Under the pieces are notes generated by a model that was not told the DNA's origin, searched no databases, and was given only the letters and a program-made list of their open reading frames with translations. DNA of 64,000 nucleotides from Candidatus Multivoradales bacterium (GTDB lineage: Bacteria; Acidobacteriota; Thermoanaerobaculia; Multivoradales; JAHEKO01): the NCBI GenBank assembly GCA_965223855.1, contig CBDCXM010000008.1:448001-512000 (forward strand). Direction: 5' to 3'. A program made the position numbers and the translations under genes. Shown one piece after another: positions 1 through 9,255 of this stretch; position 1 is the first letter of the stretch; each line of letters starts with the position of its first letter.

Positions 1-1
1 G

Positions 2-190
2 GCCGAGCACGTCGACAAGATGCACGCGATCTGCGTGCAGTGCGGCGGCACCGCTCACTACAGCCAGAGGATCGGCGGCGGCAACGAGCAGGTGCAGGTC
101 GGCGACACCGAGCAGTACGAGGCGCGCTGCCGCGACTGCTTCGTCCCCTACCGCTCGGCGGCGGTCGTCGAGGGCGGCTCAGGCGCGTGA
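2..190 (+). CDS. tdk: Thymidine kinase, C-terminal part (truncated by window edge)
   Basis: Frame from position 2 reads AEHVDKMHAICVQCGGTAHYSQRIGGGNEQVQVGDTEQYEARCRDCF. This has the CxxC...YEARCRxC Zn/lasso motifs of type II thymidine kinase. TGA at 188-190. Confidence 0.9.
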   Translation, partial: AEHVDKMHAICVQCGGTAHYSQRIGGGNEQVQVGDTEQYEARCRDCFVPYRSAAVVEGGSGA

Positions 191-203
191 GAAGAACGGG
201 CTG

Positions 204-467
204 ATGGAGTTCGTCGAGATCGCCGTCTTCGACTCGCGCCTCGAGGCCGAGGCGATCGGTCACGCGCTCGACCCACACGGCATCCCGTTCCTCGTCCAGA
301 GCCACGACGTCGGCATGTTCGGACCCGGGATGGTCGGATCCTCGCCTGCCGGCGCCCGGCTGCTCGTCCCGGAGAATCGGGTCGAAGAAGTCCGTCAACT
401 GCTCGACTGCGTCGTCCGGCCTGCCGAGGGAGACTTCGCCCTGGACGACGGAGGGGAGGAAGAGTGA
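204..467 (+). CDS. DUF2007-like putative signal-transducing protein
   Basis: 87 aa with pattern EAEAI...L...GIP...G...RLLVPE; overlaps the pyrE start (operon). Confidence 0.7.
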   Translation: MEFVEIAVFDSRLEAEAIGHALDPHGIPFLVQSHDVGMFGPGMVGSSPAGARLLVPENRVEEVRQLLDCVVRPAEGDFALDDGGEEE

Positions 468-1027
468 GTCCTCATCGCCGGCTGTTCGAGATCCTTCGCG
501 AGCGCAGCTATCAGCGCCGCCGCGTCGTCCTCGCCAGCGGCCGCGAGTCGGACTTCTACTTCGACAGCAAACAGACAGTGCTCGACGGCGAGGGGGCTCA
601 CCTCACCGGCCTGCTGTTCTTCGAGGCGCTGCAGCGACTGCCCGAGGCGCCACGAGTGCGGGCGGTCGGCGGCCTCGAGCTCGGCTCGGTGCCGATCGGC
701 GCGGCCGTCAGCGTGGTCGCGCATCAGAAGGGACATGACCTCGCCCACCTCGTCCTGCGCAAGCAGGCCAAGGCGCACGGCACGCAGGCGACCATCGAGG
801 GTGCGGCCCTCGTGCCGGCCGGTGGCACCGTCGTCGTCGTCGAAGACGTCGTCACGACCGGCGGGTCGTCGCTCCAGGCGGCACGGCGGCTCGTCGACGC
901 AGGCTACGAGGTAGCGACCCTCATCACGTTGATCGATCGCGAAGAGGGCGGCAGAGAGGCGATCGAGGAGGAGGGCTTCCGGCTCGTGAGCCTCTTCACC
1001 CGGTCCGACTTCGAGACCGACGCCTGA
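464..1027 (+). CDS. pyrE: Orotate phosphoribosyltransferase
   Basis: LASGRESDFYFD, RKQAKAHG and the PRPP-binding VVVEDVVTTGGS motif. Confidence 0.95.
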   Translation: MSPHRRLFEILRERSYQRRRVVLASGRESDFYFDSKQTVLDGEGAHLTGLLFFEALQRLPEAPRVRAVGGLELGSVPIGAAVSVVAHQKGHDLAHLVLRKQAKAHGTQATIEGAALVPAGGTVVVVEDVVTTGGSSLQAARRLVDAGYEVATLITLIDREEGGREAIEEEGFRLVSLFTRSDFETDA

Positions 1028-1045
1028 GCCGGGAACTCCGCCTGC

Positions 1046-2008
1046 TCAGGAAGTGATCCAGGTGCCGGCCGAGCCGTCGATCGCCTCGATCACGGTGAAG
1101 ACGTCGGTGATCAGCGCCCGCTTGCCGCCGTTCTCGACGAACCTGCAGGCGGCCTCGATCTTCGGCCCCATCGAGCCGGTCGGGAACTGCCCCGCCCTCA
1201 GGTAGCCCCGCGCCTCGGCGACGGTGAGGAACCGTGCCCGGCGTTGTGAGGGCCGGCCGTAGTCGAGGTAGACCGCGTCGACGCTCGTCAGCAGGAAGAG
1301 GTGGCTCGCTCCGACCGATCTGGCGAGCTTGGCGGCGGCGTAGTCCTTGTCGATCACCGCTTCGACGCCGCTGAGTTCGCCGTCGGCGTCACGTGCGACC
1401 GGGATCCCTCCCCCGCCGGTGACGATGACGAGGGCTCCCGCCTCGACGAGGGTCGTGATCAGCCCGCTCTCGAGGATGCCGAGCGGCTCGGGAGAGGGCA
1501 CGACCCGCCGCCAGCCCCGCCCCTTGTCCTCCTTGACCACCCACCCGCGCTCGGCGACCCGTCGTTCGATCTCCTCGCGGCTGAAGGCGGGACCGACGAA
1601 CTTCGTCGGGTCGTCGAAAGCGGGATCGGCGCGATCGACTTCGACCTGCGTCAGCAGCGCACACACCGGCACTTCGAGTCCGGCCCGCAGCATCTTGTTG
1701 CGCAGCACCATCTCGATCATGTAGCCGAGGCCTCCCTGAAGGTCGGCGACCATGACATCGAGCGGCAGGTCGGGGGCCTGCCCGCGAGCGAGCTCGACGC
1801 GGATCATCTGGTTGCCGACCTGCGGACCGTTGCCGTGGGTCAGCACCACCTCGTAGCCGCGCCGCAGCATCTCGACCACGCCGTCGAGGCTCCGTCGCAG
1901 GTTGGCGTAGTCCGACTCGACCGAGCCGTCGTCGCCGTCGCGAGTGATCGCGTTGCCGCCCAGCGCGACGATGATGCGCGGGGTCGGCTCTCGGTTGTCG
2001 TCAGGCAT
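1046..2008 (-). CDS. arcC: Carbamate kinase
   Basis: IVALGGNA, THGNGPQVG, PTKFVG, GWRRVVPSP, GVEAVIDKD, GSMGPKIEAA. Start re-set to ATG at 2008 (MPDDNREP). Confidence 0.95.
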   Translation of the reverse strand: MPDDNREPTPRIIVALGGNAITRDGDDGSVESDYANLRRSLDGVVEMLRRGYEVVLTHGNGPQVGNQMIRVELARGQAPDLPLDVMVADLQGGLGYMIEMVLRNKMLRAGLEVPVCALLTQVEVDRADPAFDDPTKFVGPAFSREEIERRVAERGWVVKEDKGRGWRRVVPSPEPLGILESGLITTLVEAGALVIVTGGGGIPVARDADGELSGVEAVIDKDYAAAKLARSVGASHLFLLTSVDAVYLDYGRPSQRRARFLTVAEARGYLRAGQFPTGSMGPKIEAACRFVENGGKRALITDVFTVIEAIDGSAGTWITS

Positions 2009-2043
2009 GGTGAGTGAACGGCCGCTCAGCGGAGTACGAGAGT

Positions 2044-4311
2044 CTAGCTCTCCACGACCCGGATCCGCGGCCGGCCCTCCGCCGCCTCGACCTCGCCCAC
2101 GACCGCGGCCACCGTCGCCGCCTCCCCTGCCGCCTCGAGCTTCTCGAGGAGCAACTGCAGGCGCTCCGGCGGCACCACCAGCAGCAGGCCTCCCGAAGTC
2201 TGAGGATCGAACAGGAGCTCGAGGTGGGCGGGCCAGCGCTCGGCCGCCTCCGGGGCGATCTCGAGAACGCCGATACCCCTGCGATTCCCCTCGTGAAAAG
2301 TGCTGCGCCTGCCCGCCGCCAGCAGCTCGAGAGCTCCCGGCAGAGCGGGCAGAGCCTCGAGGTCGATCCGGGCCGATGCGGAGGAGGCACGCAGCAGATC
2401 GGCCAGATGGCCGGCGAGGCCGAAGCCGGTGACGTCGGTCGCCGCCTCCAGTGCCGCCTCGCGCGCCGCCCGCGACGCGGCACGATTGGTCGCCACCATC
2501 GATGCGTGGGCCGCAGCGAGCCAGCGTCCGGTCGCGAGCCCCCTCATGTCCGCCCACAGCACCACTCCCGTCCCCAGCGGCTTGGTCAGGACGAGCAGAT
2601 CGCCCGGCCGCGCCGCACGCTTCTCGAGGAGCGGTCGCCGGGTCGTGCCTTCGACCTGAAAGCCGACCAGCGGCACGGGAGCGGTCGTGGTGTGCCCGCC
2701 GAGGAGGCGGACGCCAAGGTCTTCGAAGGTCGCCTGTGCCCCGCACAGAAGCTGATAGAGGTACTCCTCGCGATCGAGGCTTCGCGCGCTCTCCGCCACG
2801 GCGACGAACGCCTGCGCGTAGCGCGGCTCCACACCCTTGGCGAGCAGGTCGGAGATCGCGTTGGCCGCCGCCACGCGCCCCACGAGATAGGCGTCGTCGC
2901 TGAACGGTCGGAAGCCGTCGAGGTTGCTCACCGTCACCGAACCGCCGCCCGTCTCCCAGGCGACGACGTCCTCAGCCGCCTCCATGCCGAGGACGATCGG
3001 TGGTTCGTCGGCAGGCAGGTCGAGTCGCTCCAGGACCCGACTCAACGCCTGCTGACCGAGCTTTGCGGCGCACCCTCCGCACAGCATGCCGTCGTCGCCT
3101 TCACCCATGCCACCACCCTCGGTGGCGAAGTGCTCCGTCTCCTCGCCTTCGGCGTCGAGCACCTGGAACCGCTCCATGAAGCGGCGATCGATCCGATCCT
3201 TGAGGCGCATCACCCAACGACCGCCGAACGACAGTCCCCACTTCGCTCCCAGCGCGGTCCCGTCGCCGAGGTTGAGCAGCGTCAGGAAGTCGCGTTGCGG
3301 CCGGTAGCTCCGGAGCGGCTCGTCGGCGACGAACGCCAGGAGGTTGTCGGTCAGGTAGGGCCCCTGTCGCACTGCATAGACCCCCGCCTTCGGGGTGCGC
3401 GGCGCCTCGATGAGGGTCGCGCAGTCACCGACTGCAAAGAGGGTGTCGAAGCCCTCCACCTGGAGAGTGCTGCGGGTGCGAACGAAGCCTCTCCCGTCGA
3501 CCGGCAGGCCGCTCGAGGCGAGCACCTCGTGGCTGGTGGCTCCCGCGACCCAGACGAGGGCGTCGCTTTCCACCCGGCCTCCTCCCTCGAGTTCGACCGC
3601 GCCGTCGACGGCTGCACTCACGCGCACGCCGGTCGAGACCTGGATGCCGCACGCCGCCGCTTCGCGGGCCGCCCGGCGCCCGAGGCTTGCGGGAAACCCC
3701 TCGAGCAGGGACGGGCCCGCATGCAGCAGGGTGACTTCGACCTCGCGCCCTTCGTCGAGCAGACGGCGGCGAAGCGTGAACGCCAGCTCCACACCCCCGG
3801 CACCCCCACCGACCACCGTCACCCTGAATACGCCGTCGTGCCGCGCAGCCGCCGCCGAGATCTCGTCGATCCGCTCGACGAAGCGCCCGATCGGCCGCGT
3901 CGGAATCGCCCGTTTCCCGACACCCGGCAGGTCGAGGCCGATGACCGTCGAGCCGATGTCGAGCGAGGCGAGGTCGTAGCGAATCGGCGGCCTCCCCGCC
4001 ACCGCGACCGAACGCTCCTCCGGGTCGATCGCGATCATCGCAGAGAGCACCACCTCGGCGCCGGCTCGCCGCGCCAGCGGGAGGACGTCGATCTCGAGCT
4101 CGGCCGGCTCGTACTGACCGGCCACGCACCCCGGCACCATCCCGGAATAGACCGCGATCGGCGTATCGACGACCACCGTGACCCTCAGCCGCTCGGGAGG
4201 CTCCATCAGAAATCGCCGGAGGACCTGGACGTGAGCGTGCCCTCCGCCCACGAGCACGAGGTGCCTTCGGTCATCCGGCGGGACGGGGGCTTGCGATCCC
4301 GGAGCTCTCAT
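2044..4311 (-). CDS. selD: Selenide,water dikinase (SelD) fused to an N-terminal FAD/NADH pyridine nucleotide-disulfide oxidoreductase domain
   Basis: N-term LVLVGGGHAH, YSGMVPG, GGGAGGVE, FAVGDC, PKAGVYAVRQGP. C-term CGGCAAK, AANAISD, GGHT, LTKPLGTG, ATDVTGFGLAGHL, DPQTSGGLL. Confidence 0.92.
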   Translation of the reverse strand: MRAPGSQAPVPPDDRRHLVLVGGGHAHVQVLRRFLMEPPERLRVTVVVDTPIAVYSGMVPGCVAGQYEPAELEIDVLPLARRAGAEVVLSAMIAIDPEERSVAVAGRPPIRYDLASLDIGSTVIGLDLPGVGKRAIPTRPIGRFVERIDEISAAAARHDGVFRVTVVGGGAGGVELAFTLRRRLLDEGREVEVTLLHAGPSLLEGFPASLGRRAAREAAACGIQVSTGVRVSAAVDGAVELEGGGRVESDALVWVAGATSHEVLASSGLPVDGRGFVRTRSTLQVEGFDTLFAVGDCATLIEAPRTPKAGVYAVRQGPYLTDNLLAFVADEPLRSYRPQRDFLTLLNLGDGTALGAKWGLSFGGRWVMRLKDRIDRRFMERFQVLDAEGEETEHFATEGGGMGEGDDGMLCGGCAAKLGQQALSRVLERLDLPADEPPIVLGMEAAEDVVAWETGGGSVTVSNLDGFRPFSDDAYLVGRVAAANAISDLLAKGVEPRYAQAFVAVAESARSLDREEYLYQLLCGAQATFEDLGVRLLGGHTTTAPVPLVGFQVEGTTRRPLLEKRAARPGDLLVLTKPLGTGVVLWADMRGLATGRWLAAAHASMVATNRAASRAAREAALEAATDVTGFGLAGHLADLLRASSASARIDLEALPALPGALELLAAGRRSTFHEGNRRGIGVLEIAPEAAERWPAHLELLFDPQTSGGLLLVVPPERLQLLLEKLEAAGEAATVAAVVGEVEAAEGRPRIRVVES

Positions 4312-4418
4312 GCGCAGGACTGATTCTCGAGGAGATGGCGTCGACGAGCGGGAAACAGCGCGACCTGTGTTCAACTAGCCCACCGATGCAACCCGGCGAT
4401 CATACTCACAGCAACTCG

Positions 4419-4976
4419 ATGCCGGCGTTCCGACTGGCCGTCGCCGCGCTGGTGGGATCGGCCCTCTGGGTCGCGGCCTGCGGCTCGGCGGGCGACGACA
4501 ACGCAGCACCGCTCTCCAGGAAAGCGAGCCTGCCGATGGATTCGAGACTCGAGTCCCTCGAAGAGAAGGTGGAATCGACGCGGGAAGCGTTCCCCGATGT
4601 GCCGACCGTGGACGCAGGCGAGGTGGCCCGAAGGATCGACGACGGTAGCGCCGTCCTCGTCGACGTCCGGGAGCCCCACGAGCGGGCGGTTTCAACCCTG
4701 CCCGGCGCCATCTCGAGCGACGAGTTCGAGAAACGCTCAGCGGAGTTCACGGGCAGACAGGTCGTCACCTACTGCACGGTCGGCTACCGGAGTTCGAAGT
4801 ACGCGCGCGCTCTGATGAGGAAGGGCTGGGACGTGTCGAATTTCGAGGGCAGCATTCTCGCCTGGACCCACGCCGGCGGGACACTGGTCGATTCCGAGGG
4901 CGAGGAGACGCGTCGTGTGCACGTTTTCGGCCCCGACTGGAACCTCGCCGCCGACGGCTACGAACCGGTCTGGTAG
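4419..4976 (+). CDS. Rhodanese-like domain protein, probable lipoprotein
   Basis: Signal ending in VAAC lipobox; LVDVRE..E..VS.LPGA; active-site loop YCTVGYRS; GSILAW. Confidence 0.85.
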   Translation: MPAFRLAVAALVGSALWVAACGSAGDDNAAPLSRKASLPMDSRLESLEEKVESTREAFPDVPTVDAGEVARRIDDGSAVLVDVREPHERAVSTLPGAISSDEFEKRSAEFTGRQVVTYCTVGYRSSKYARALMRKGWDVSNFEGSILAWTHAGGTLVDSEGEETRRVHVFGPDWNLAADGYEPVW

Positions 4977-5004
4977 CAGCTCGGTCCGAGCGTTCTCGCC
5001 AGGC

Positions 5005-5223
5005 TCACTCGTCGGAGTGCTCGGCGATCTTCAGCGCACCGCTCGGGCAGCGGGCGACGGCGGAGCGCACCTCGTCCGCAGTGGCCTCGTCGGGCAAGAT
5101 CCATGGGCGCCGACCGAGCTCGAACACGGGTGGGAGTCCACGGACGCAGTTGCCCGAGTGGGTGCACACTTCGAGATCGAAAGTGACGTCGAGCGCCTTG
5201 CCACGGTAGGTCTTTCTGGCCAT
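5005..5223 (-). CDS. Small (4Fe-4S)-binding protein, YjdI-like
   Basis: CTHSGNCVRGLPPVF...RPWI...CPSGAL; GAGGAG RBS before ATG at 5223. Confidence 0.85.
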   Translation of the reverse strand: MARKTYRGKALDVTFDLEVCTHSGNCVRGLPPVFELGRRPWILPDEATADEVRSAVARCPSGALKIAEHSDE

Positions 5224-5280
5224 CGGAGGTCTCCTCGAGGTTGTTCGAGCGATCGGCTCCACCGGGAGCGAGCCGACGCC

Positions 5281-5871
5281 TCACTCTAGCCCGAAGGCCT
5301 CGTCGAGCCCCAATACGCGTACGCGAGGCCAGCGCTCGGTCCAGCGCTTCGTCGCCATCCGCTCCTCGAACACCCGTGCCGCCCCGGGGAAGATCAGGTT
5401 GGGTCGCGCCACCAGGTCGAGCAGGTCGTCGACCCCGTGCGGGCTCAGAACCTCGATCTCGCCGTCGTCGCCGAGACGCGCCGCCACGGAGGTGCAGGTC
5501 TCCGTCCAGCGCGACAGTGCGTCCTCGGTCGATGTGTAGGGCGGTTCGTCGTTGTACTCGTGGATCCAGGCCTGGTTGACGACCTCCCACGGCAGCTCCG
5601 GGAGCGTGTCCCCGAGCCGTCGCTCGATCCGGGCATCGACCTCCGGGCTCGCGTTGTCCCGGTCGAAGTAGACGACGTCGACGTCGCCGGGAGGATGCCG
5701 TTCGCGGTAGCCATGGAGACGATCCCAGACGACATTGCGCAGGGCACCGGCAGCCACCCAGGCGTCAGGCAGACGGAGATCGCGCACAGCGGAGAGGAGC
5801 GCCACGAACGGCGTCTCCGCGGCCAGAATCGAGACCAGGCGCTGCCGTCCCTCCGCCGACGAGCTGCTCAT
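5281..5871 (-). CDS. Nucleotidyltransferase family protein (DUF925-like)
   Basis: LPDAWVAAGALRNVVWD, DVDVVYFD, WEVVNQA, ETCTSVA, PHGVDDL. Confidence 0.85.
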   Translation of the reverse strand: MSSSSAEGRQRLVSILAAETPFVALLSAVRDLRLPDAWVAAGALRNVVWDRLHGYRERHPPGDVDVVYFDRDNASPEVDARIERRLGDTLPELPWEVVNQAWIHEYNDEPPYTSTEDALSRWTETCTSVAARLGDDGEIEVLSPHGVDDLLDLVARPNLIFPGAARVFEERMATKRWTERWPRVRVLGLDEAFGLE

Positions 5872-5897
5872 CGGGCGATTGTAAGCTCGCCGACGCG

Positions 5898-7064
5898 ATG
5901 AGTTCTCCGGCAGCCTGTGTCGACTTCCTCCAGCGCCTCATTCAGACGCCGAGCCTGCCCGGTGAGGAGGGGCCGATCGCCGAGCTCGTCGCCGACGAGA
6001 TGCGAAGCCTCGGCTACGACGACGTCGACCTCGACGACGCCGGCAACGTCATCGGTCGCATCGCCGGCGGCGACGCCTCACCGGTGCAGTTCAACACCCA
6101 CCTCGACCACGTCGCCGTCGGCGACCCCGCCCGTTGGCCCTACCCGCCGCACGGCGGGGAAATCCACGACGACCGGATCTGGGGGCGGGGCGCGGTCGAC
6201 ATCAAGGGGCCGCTGGCCGCGCAGATCCACGGCGTCGCGCCACGACACGGCGAACGGCCGCCGGGAGACGTCTACGTCACCTGCGTCGTCCAGGAGGAGA
6301 TCGGCGGCGTCGGCGCCCGCCACCTCGCCGAGACGCTCTTCACACCGATCGTCGTCGTCGGCGAGCCGAGCTCCAACACCATCCGGCGCGGACATCGCGG
6401 GCGAGCCGAGCTCGTCGTCCACGTCCTCGGCAGGAGCGTCCATGCCAGCGTCCCGCAAAAGGGGGTGAACCCGCTGATCTCGATCGGCCGCTTCCTCGCC
6501 GCCCTCGACGCGGCCACCGTCGGCGACCATCCCGAGCTGGGACCGAGCACCGTCGTGCCGACGCTGATCGAAACCGACCAATCGAGCGCCAACGTCGTGC
6601 CGGCGGAGGTATGGCTGACCTGTGATTGGCGTCTGGTGCCGGGCGAGTCCGACGCCGACGCCCGGGCAAGCCTTCAGGCGCTGCTCGCAGAGTCGCTCAC
6701 CGAGGGGGCGACCGGCACCGTCACCGTGCCCGAGTTCGATCGGCGCGCCTACACCGGCCTCGCGATGACGATCCCCGCCAGCAACCCGGCCTACCTGCTC
6801 CCCGCCAACCACCCCGCCGTGACCTGTGCCGAGCGGGTTTTGGCGGAGGCGGGCGGTGCGACCGGACCGGCCGGCGTCTGGCAGTTCGCCACCGACGGGG
6901 GGCACTACGCCGCGGTCGGCATGTCTCCGATCGGCTTCGGACCGGGCGATCCGCTACTGGCTCACACCGTCGACGAGCACATCGAGCTGTCCGAGCTCGA
7001 GACGGCTCTGGCCGTCAACCGGTCGCTCTCGCTGGCCCTGGCGCACGCCGCCGAGCCGGGTTAG
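5898..7064 (+). CDS. M20/M25/M40 metallo-hydrolase (YgeY/ArgE-like)
   Basis: HLDHV, GRGAVDIKG, QEE, GEPS, GHRGR, HAS, FATDG, GFGPG...AHT.DE. Confidence 0.9.
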   Translation: MSSPAACVDFLQRLIQTPSLPGEEGPIAELVADEMRSLGYDDVDLDDAGNVIGRIAGGDASPVQFNTHLDHVAVGDPARWPYPPHGGEIHDDRIWGRGAVDIKGPLAAQIHGVAPRHGERPPGDVYVTCVVQEEIGGVGARHLAETLFTPIVVVGEPSSNTIRRGHRGRAELVVHVLGRSVHASVPQKGVNPLISIGRFLAALDAATVGDHPELGPSTVVPTLIETDQSSANVVPAEVWLTCDWRLVPGESDADARASLQALLAESLTEGATGTVTVPEFDRRAYTGLAMTIPASNPAYLLPANHPAVTCAERVLAEAGGATGPAGVWQFATDGGHYAAVGMSPIGFGPGDPLLAHTVDEHIELSELETALAVNRSLSLALAHAAEPG

Positions 7065-8527
7065 CGAACGACGAACCGGGCGACCCGTTCCTCGTCCGGC
7101 CGTTCGGTCGCGAGGCTGACGCCGATCAGCAGCGGAAGCTGCACCACGAGCCCCCACAGCCCGGGGTGGATCCCTCCCCACTGGAGCGCCGGCCACAGGT
7201 TGCAGGCGATCACCGTAGCGAAGGCGCCGGCGAGGCCGGCGAGCACCCCGGCGCGCGTCGCCCGGCGCCAGAAGAAGGTCACCAGCAGCACCGGGAAGAG
7301 CTGCGCCAGGAAGCCGTAGGAAAGCAGCAGCAGCAGGACGAGGTCGAGGTCCGAGATGACGGCGAAGTAGTAGGCCACCAGCCCCACGGCGACGACGAGC
7401 CGGCGGATCCAGCGGGTCTGCGTCTCGTCGTCGAGCTCGGAGCCCAACCACGGCCGCACGAGGTCCTTCACCAGCACCGAGCCGGCGGCATGGAGGATCG
7501 CGTCGCCGGTCGACATCGACGCCGCGAGCGCCCCGGCACAGAAGAGCCCGATCACCAGCGGTGACAGATCGAGGGAGGTCAGGAGCGTCGGCAGGATCGC
7601 GTCCGCCGGCTCGACTCCCGGCAGATAGAGGATGCCGGCAAAGCCGATGAAGAGGATCGGAATCAGGAAGACCTGGAAGGTCGGGTAGAAGACGACGGTC
7701 TTCTTGAGCGTCGGCACGTCACGAGCCGTGTAGATCTTCATGAAGTAGTGCGGCCACAACGAGAAACCGAGCGCCGAGACGAGGATCGCGCTCGAGTACC
7801 CTCCCCAGTTCCACGGCTCACCGTTGCCGGTGAGCCCGGGCGGCTCGAGCATCTGCGGCACCCTCTCGGCGAGCTGCCCGAACATCTCGCCGACGCCGCC
7901 GTAGAGGGCGTGCGGCAGGTAGAGGCCGAGGCTCCAGGCGAGCACCATCATGAAGATGCCCTGCAGGGTGTTGGTCCAGGCGACGCCGAGGACGCCGCTC
8001 TTGAGGACGTAGACCAGCACGACGCCGTAGGCGACCGCCGCGCCCGCCCAGACCGGCACCCGCCCCTCGGTGACGACGTTGAAGACGTAGCCCGCACCCT
8101 TGATCTGCAGGGTCAGATAGGGCACGAAGGCGATCAGCGAGAGGATCGCCAGCAATCCGGAGAGAGCCCGCGAATCGAATCGGTCGGCGAAGAGCTCCGC
8201 CTGTGTGACATAGCCGTAGCGGCGACCGAGGCGCGCGATCCGCGGCCCGAAGAAGTACCAGGGAACGAGGCCGAGCGTGCCGTAGGAGAGGATGTAGAAC
8301 GCCGCGGCGCCCCTCGAGTAGGCCCAGCCGGGGCCGCCGAGGAAGGCGAAGGCGCTGAAGATCGAGGCGCCCATGATGAAGTACAGAACGAGGAAGCCCA
8401 GCGAGCGATCGCCCGCCACGTAGCCCTCGGTGCCGCCGGAGGTACCGCGCCCCGACAGCACCCCAACCGCGAGCGACAGCACGAGGTAGCCGAGCGTCAC
8501 CGCGAGGACGACGATCCAGTCCGCCAT
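7061..8527 (-). CDS. Sodium:solute symporter family protein
   Basis: About 13 hydrophobic segments; FSAFAFLGGPGWAY, GVAWTNTLQG, ALAASMST. Confidence 0.9.
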   Translation of the reverse strand: MADWIVVLAVTLGYLVLSLAVGVLSGRGTSGGTEGYVAGDRSLGFLVLYFIMGASIFSAFAFLGGPGWAYSRGAAAFYILSYGTLGLVPWYFFGPRIARLGRRYGYVTQAELFADRFDSRALSGLLAILSLIAFVPYLTLQIKGAGYVFNVVTEGRVPVWAGAAVAYGVVLVYVLKSGVLGVAWTNTLQGIFMMVLAWSLGLYLPHALYGGVGEMFGQLAERVPQMLEPPGLTGNGEPWNWGGYSSAILVSALGFSLWPHYFMKIYTARDVPTLKKTVVFYPTFQVFLIPILFIGFAGILYLPGVEPADAILPTLLTSLDLSPLVIGLFCAGALAASMSTGDAILHAAGSVLVKDLVRPWLGSELDDETQTRWIRRLVVAVGLVAYYFAVISDLDLVLLLLLSYGFLAQLFPVLLVTFFWRRATRAGVLAGLAGAFATVIACNLWPALQWGGIHPGLWGLVVQLPLLIGVSLATERPDEERVARFVVR

Positions 8528-8549
8528 GACTCAGTAGACCGCCATTGGC

Positions 8550-8828
8550 TCAGTCTCCGTCCACCGGGTCGGTCTCCTCGTCCAGCCAGCCGTTGCGTCG
8601 CTCCCAGCGGTAGACAGCCCACAGCACGCCGAAGCAGGTCACCAGCAGGGCCGCCAGGAAGGCGAGCGAGAACGGCATGCCGAAGACCAGCGGGCGCGCC
8701 CGAGACCAGATGGGAGCGAGAGGCCAGATCGAGAGCGCGAACGCCGCGAGGAAGAAGACGACCACCCCGCGGTAGACCGCTCGCCGACGGCCGGACAGCC
8801 GGCTCGGGAACGCCCGGAACTCGCCCAC
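8550..8828 (-). CDS. Small 2-TM accessory membrane protein of the SSS transporter (DUF3311-like)
   Basis: GTG start directly after the HIT stop; P.VFGMPFSLAFL motif; lies immediately upstream of the SSS gene. Confidence 0.65.
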   Translation of the reverse strand: MGEFRAFPSRLSGRRRAVYRGVVVFFLAAFALSIWPLAPIWSRARPLVFGMPFSLAFLAALLVTCFGVLWAVYRWERRNGWLDEETDPVDGD

Positions 8829-8829
8829 T

Positions 8830-9246
8830 TCAGTCGCTCGCCAGGGCGGCTGCGACGGTGGAGGCCAGCTCCGCCGCCTCGTCGTCCTCGATTCCACCCG
8901 GCTTCCAGCCGATGCCGAGACCGCGTCCCCCGACCCGCGGGATGATGTGGAAGTGGACGTGGAACACCGCCTGGTGGGCCTCGATGCCGTTGTTCTGGAG
9001 CACGTTGTAGGCCGTCGCCCCGGTCGCCTCGAGGATCGCCTTCGAGATCCGCGGCAGCACCCGCCCGAGCGCGGCGGCGGCATCGGCGGACAGCTCGTGG
9101 AGGTGGGCGACCCGTTCCTTCGGAATCACCAGGGTGTGCCCCGGTGCGAGCGGCGCGATGTCGAGGAAGGCGAGGACGTGCGGGTCCTCGTAAACGCGGT
9201 GGCAGGGAATCTCGCCGTCTAGGATGTGGTCGAAGATGGTCGGCAT
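8830..9246 (-). CDS. HIT family nucleotide hydrolase
   Basis: TIFDHILDGEIP, AFLDIAP..PGHTLVIPK, HVHFHIIP triad. Confidence 0.95.
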   Translation of the reverse strand: MPTIFDHILDGEIPCHRVYEDPHVLAFLDIAPLAPGHTLVIPKERVAHLHELSADAAAALGRVLPRISKAILEATGATAYNVLQNNGIEAHQAVFHVHFHIIPRVGGRGLGIGWKPGGIEDDEAAELASTVAAALASD

Positions 9247-9255
9247 GGCAGCATT

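Noticed and set aside
2014-4323. Long antisense or alternate-frame ORFs (e.g. 2014-4323 +, 12402-15056 +, 19639-21756 -, 32401-34758 -, 41164-43569 +)
   Set aside because: These are shadow ORFs of real genes in high-GC DNA: Arg/Pro/Gly-rich, with no family motifs.
2044-4976. Selenocysteine (UGA) recoding in selD or the rhodanese
   Set aside because: Both have Cys at the catalytic positions (CGGCAAK, YCTVGYRS) and no in-frame TGA.
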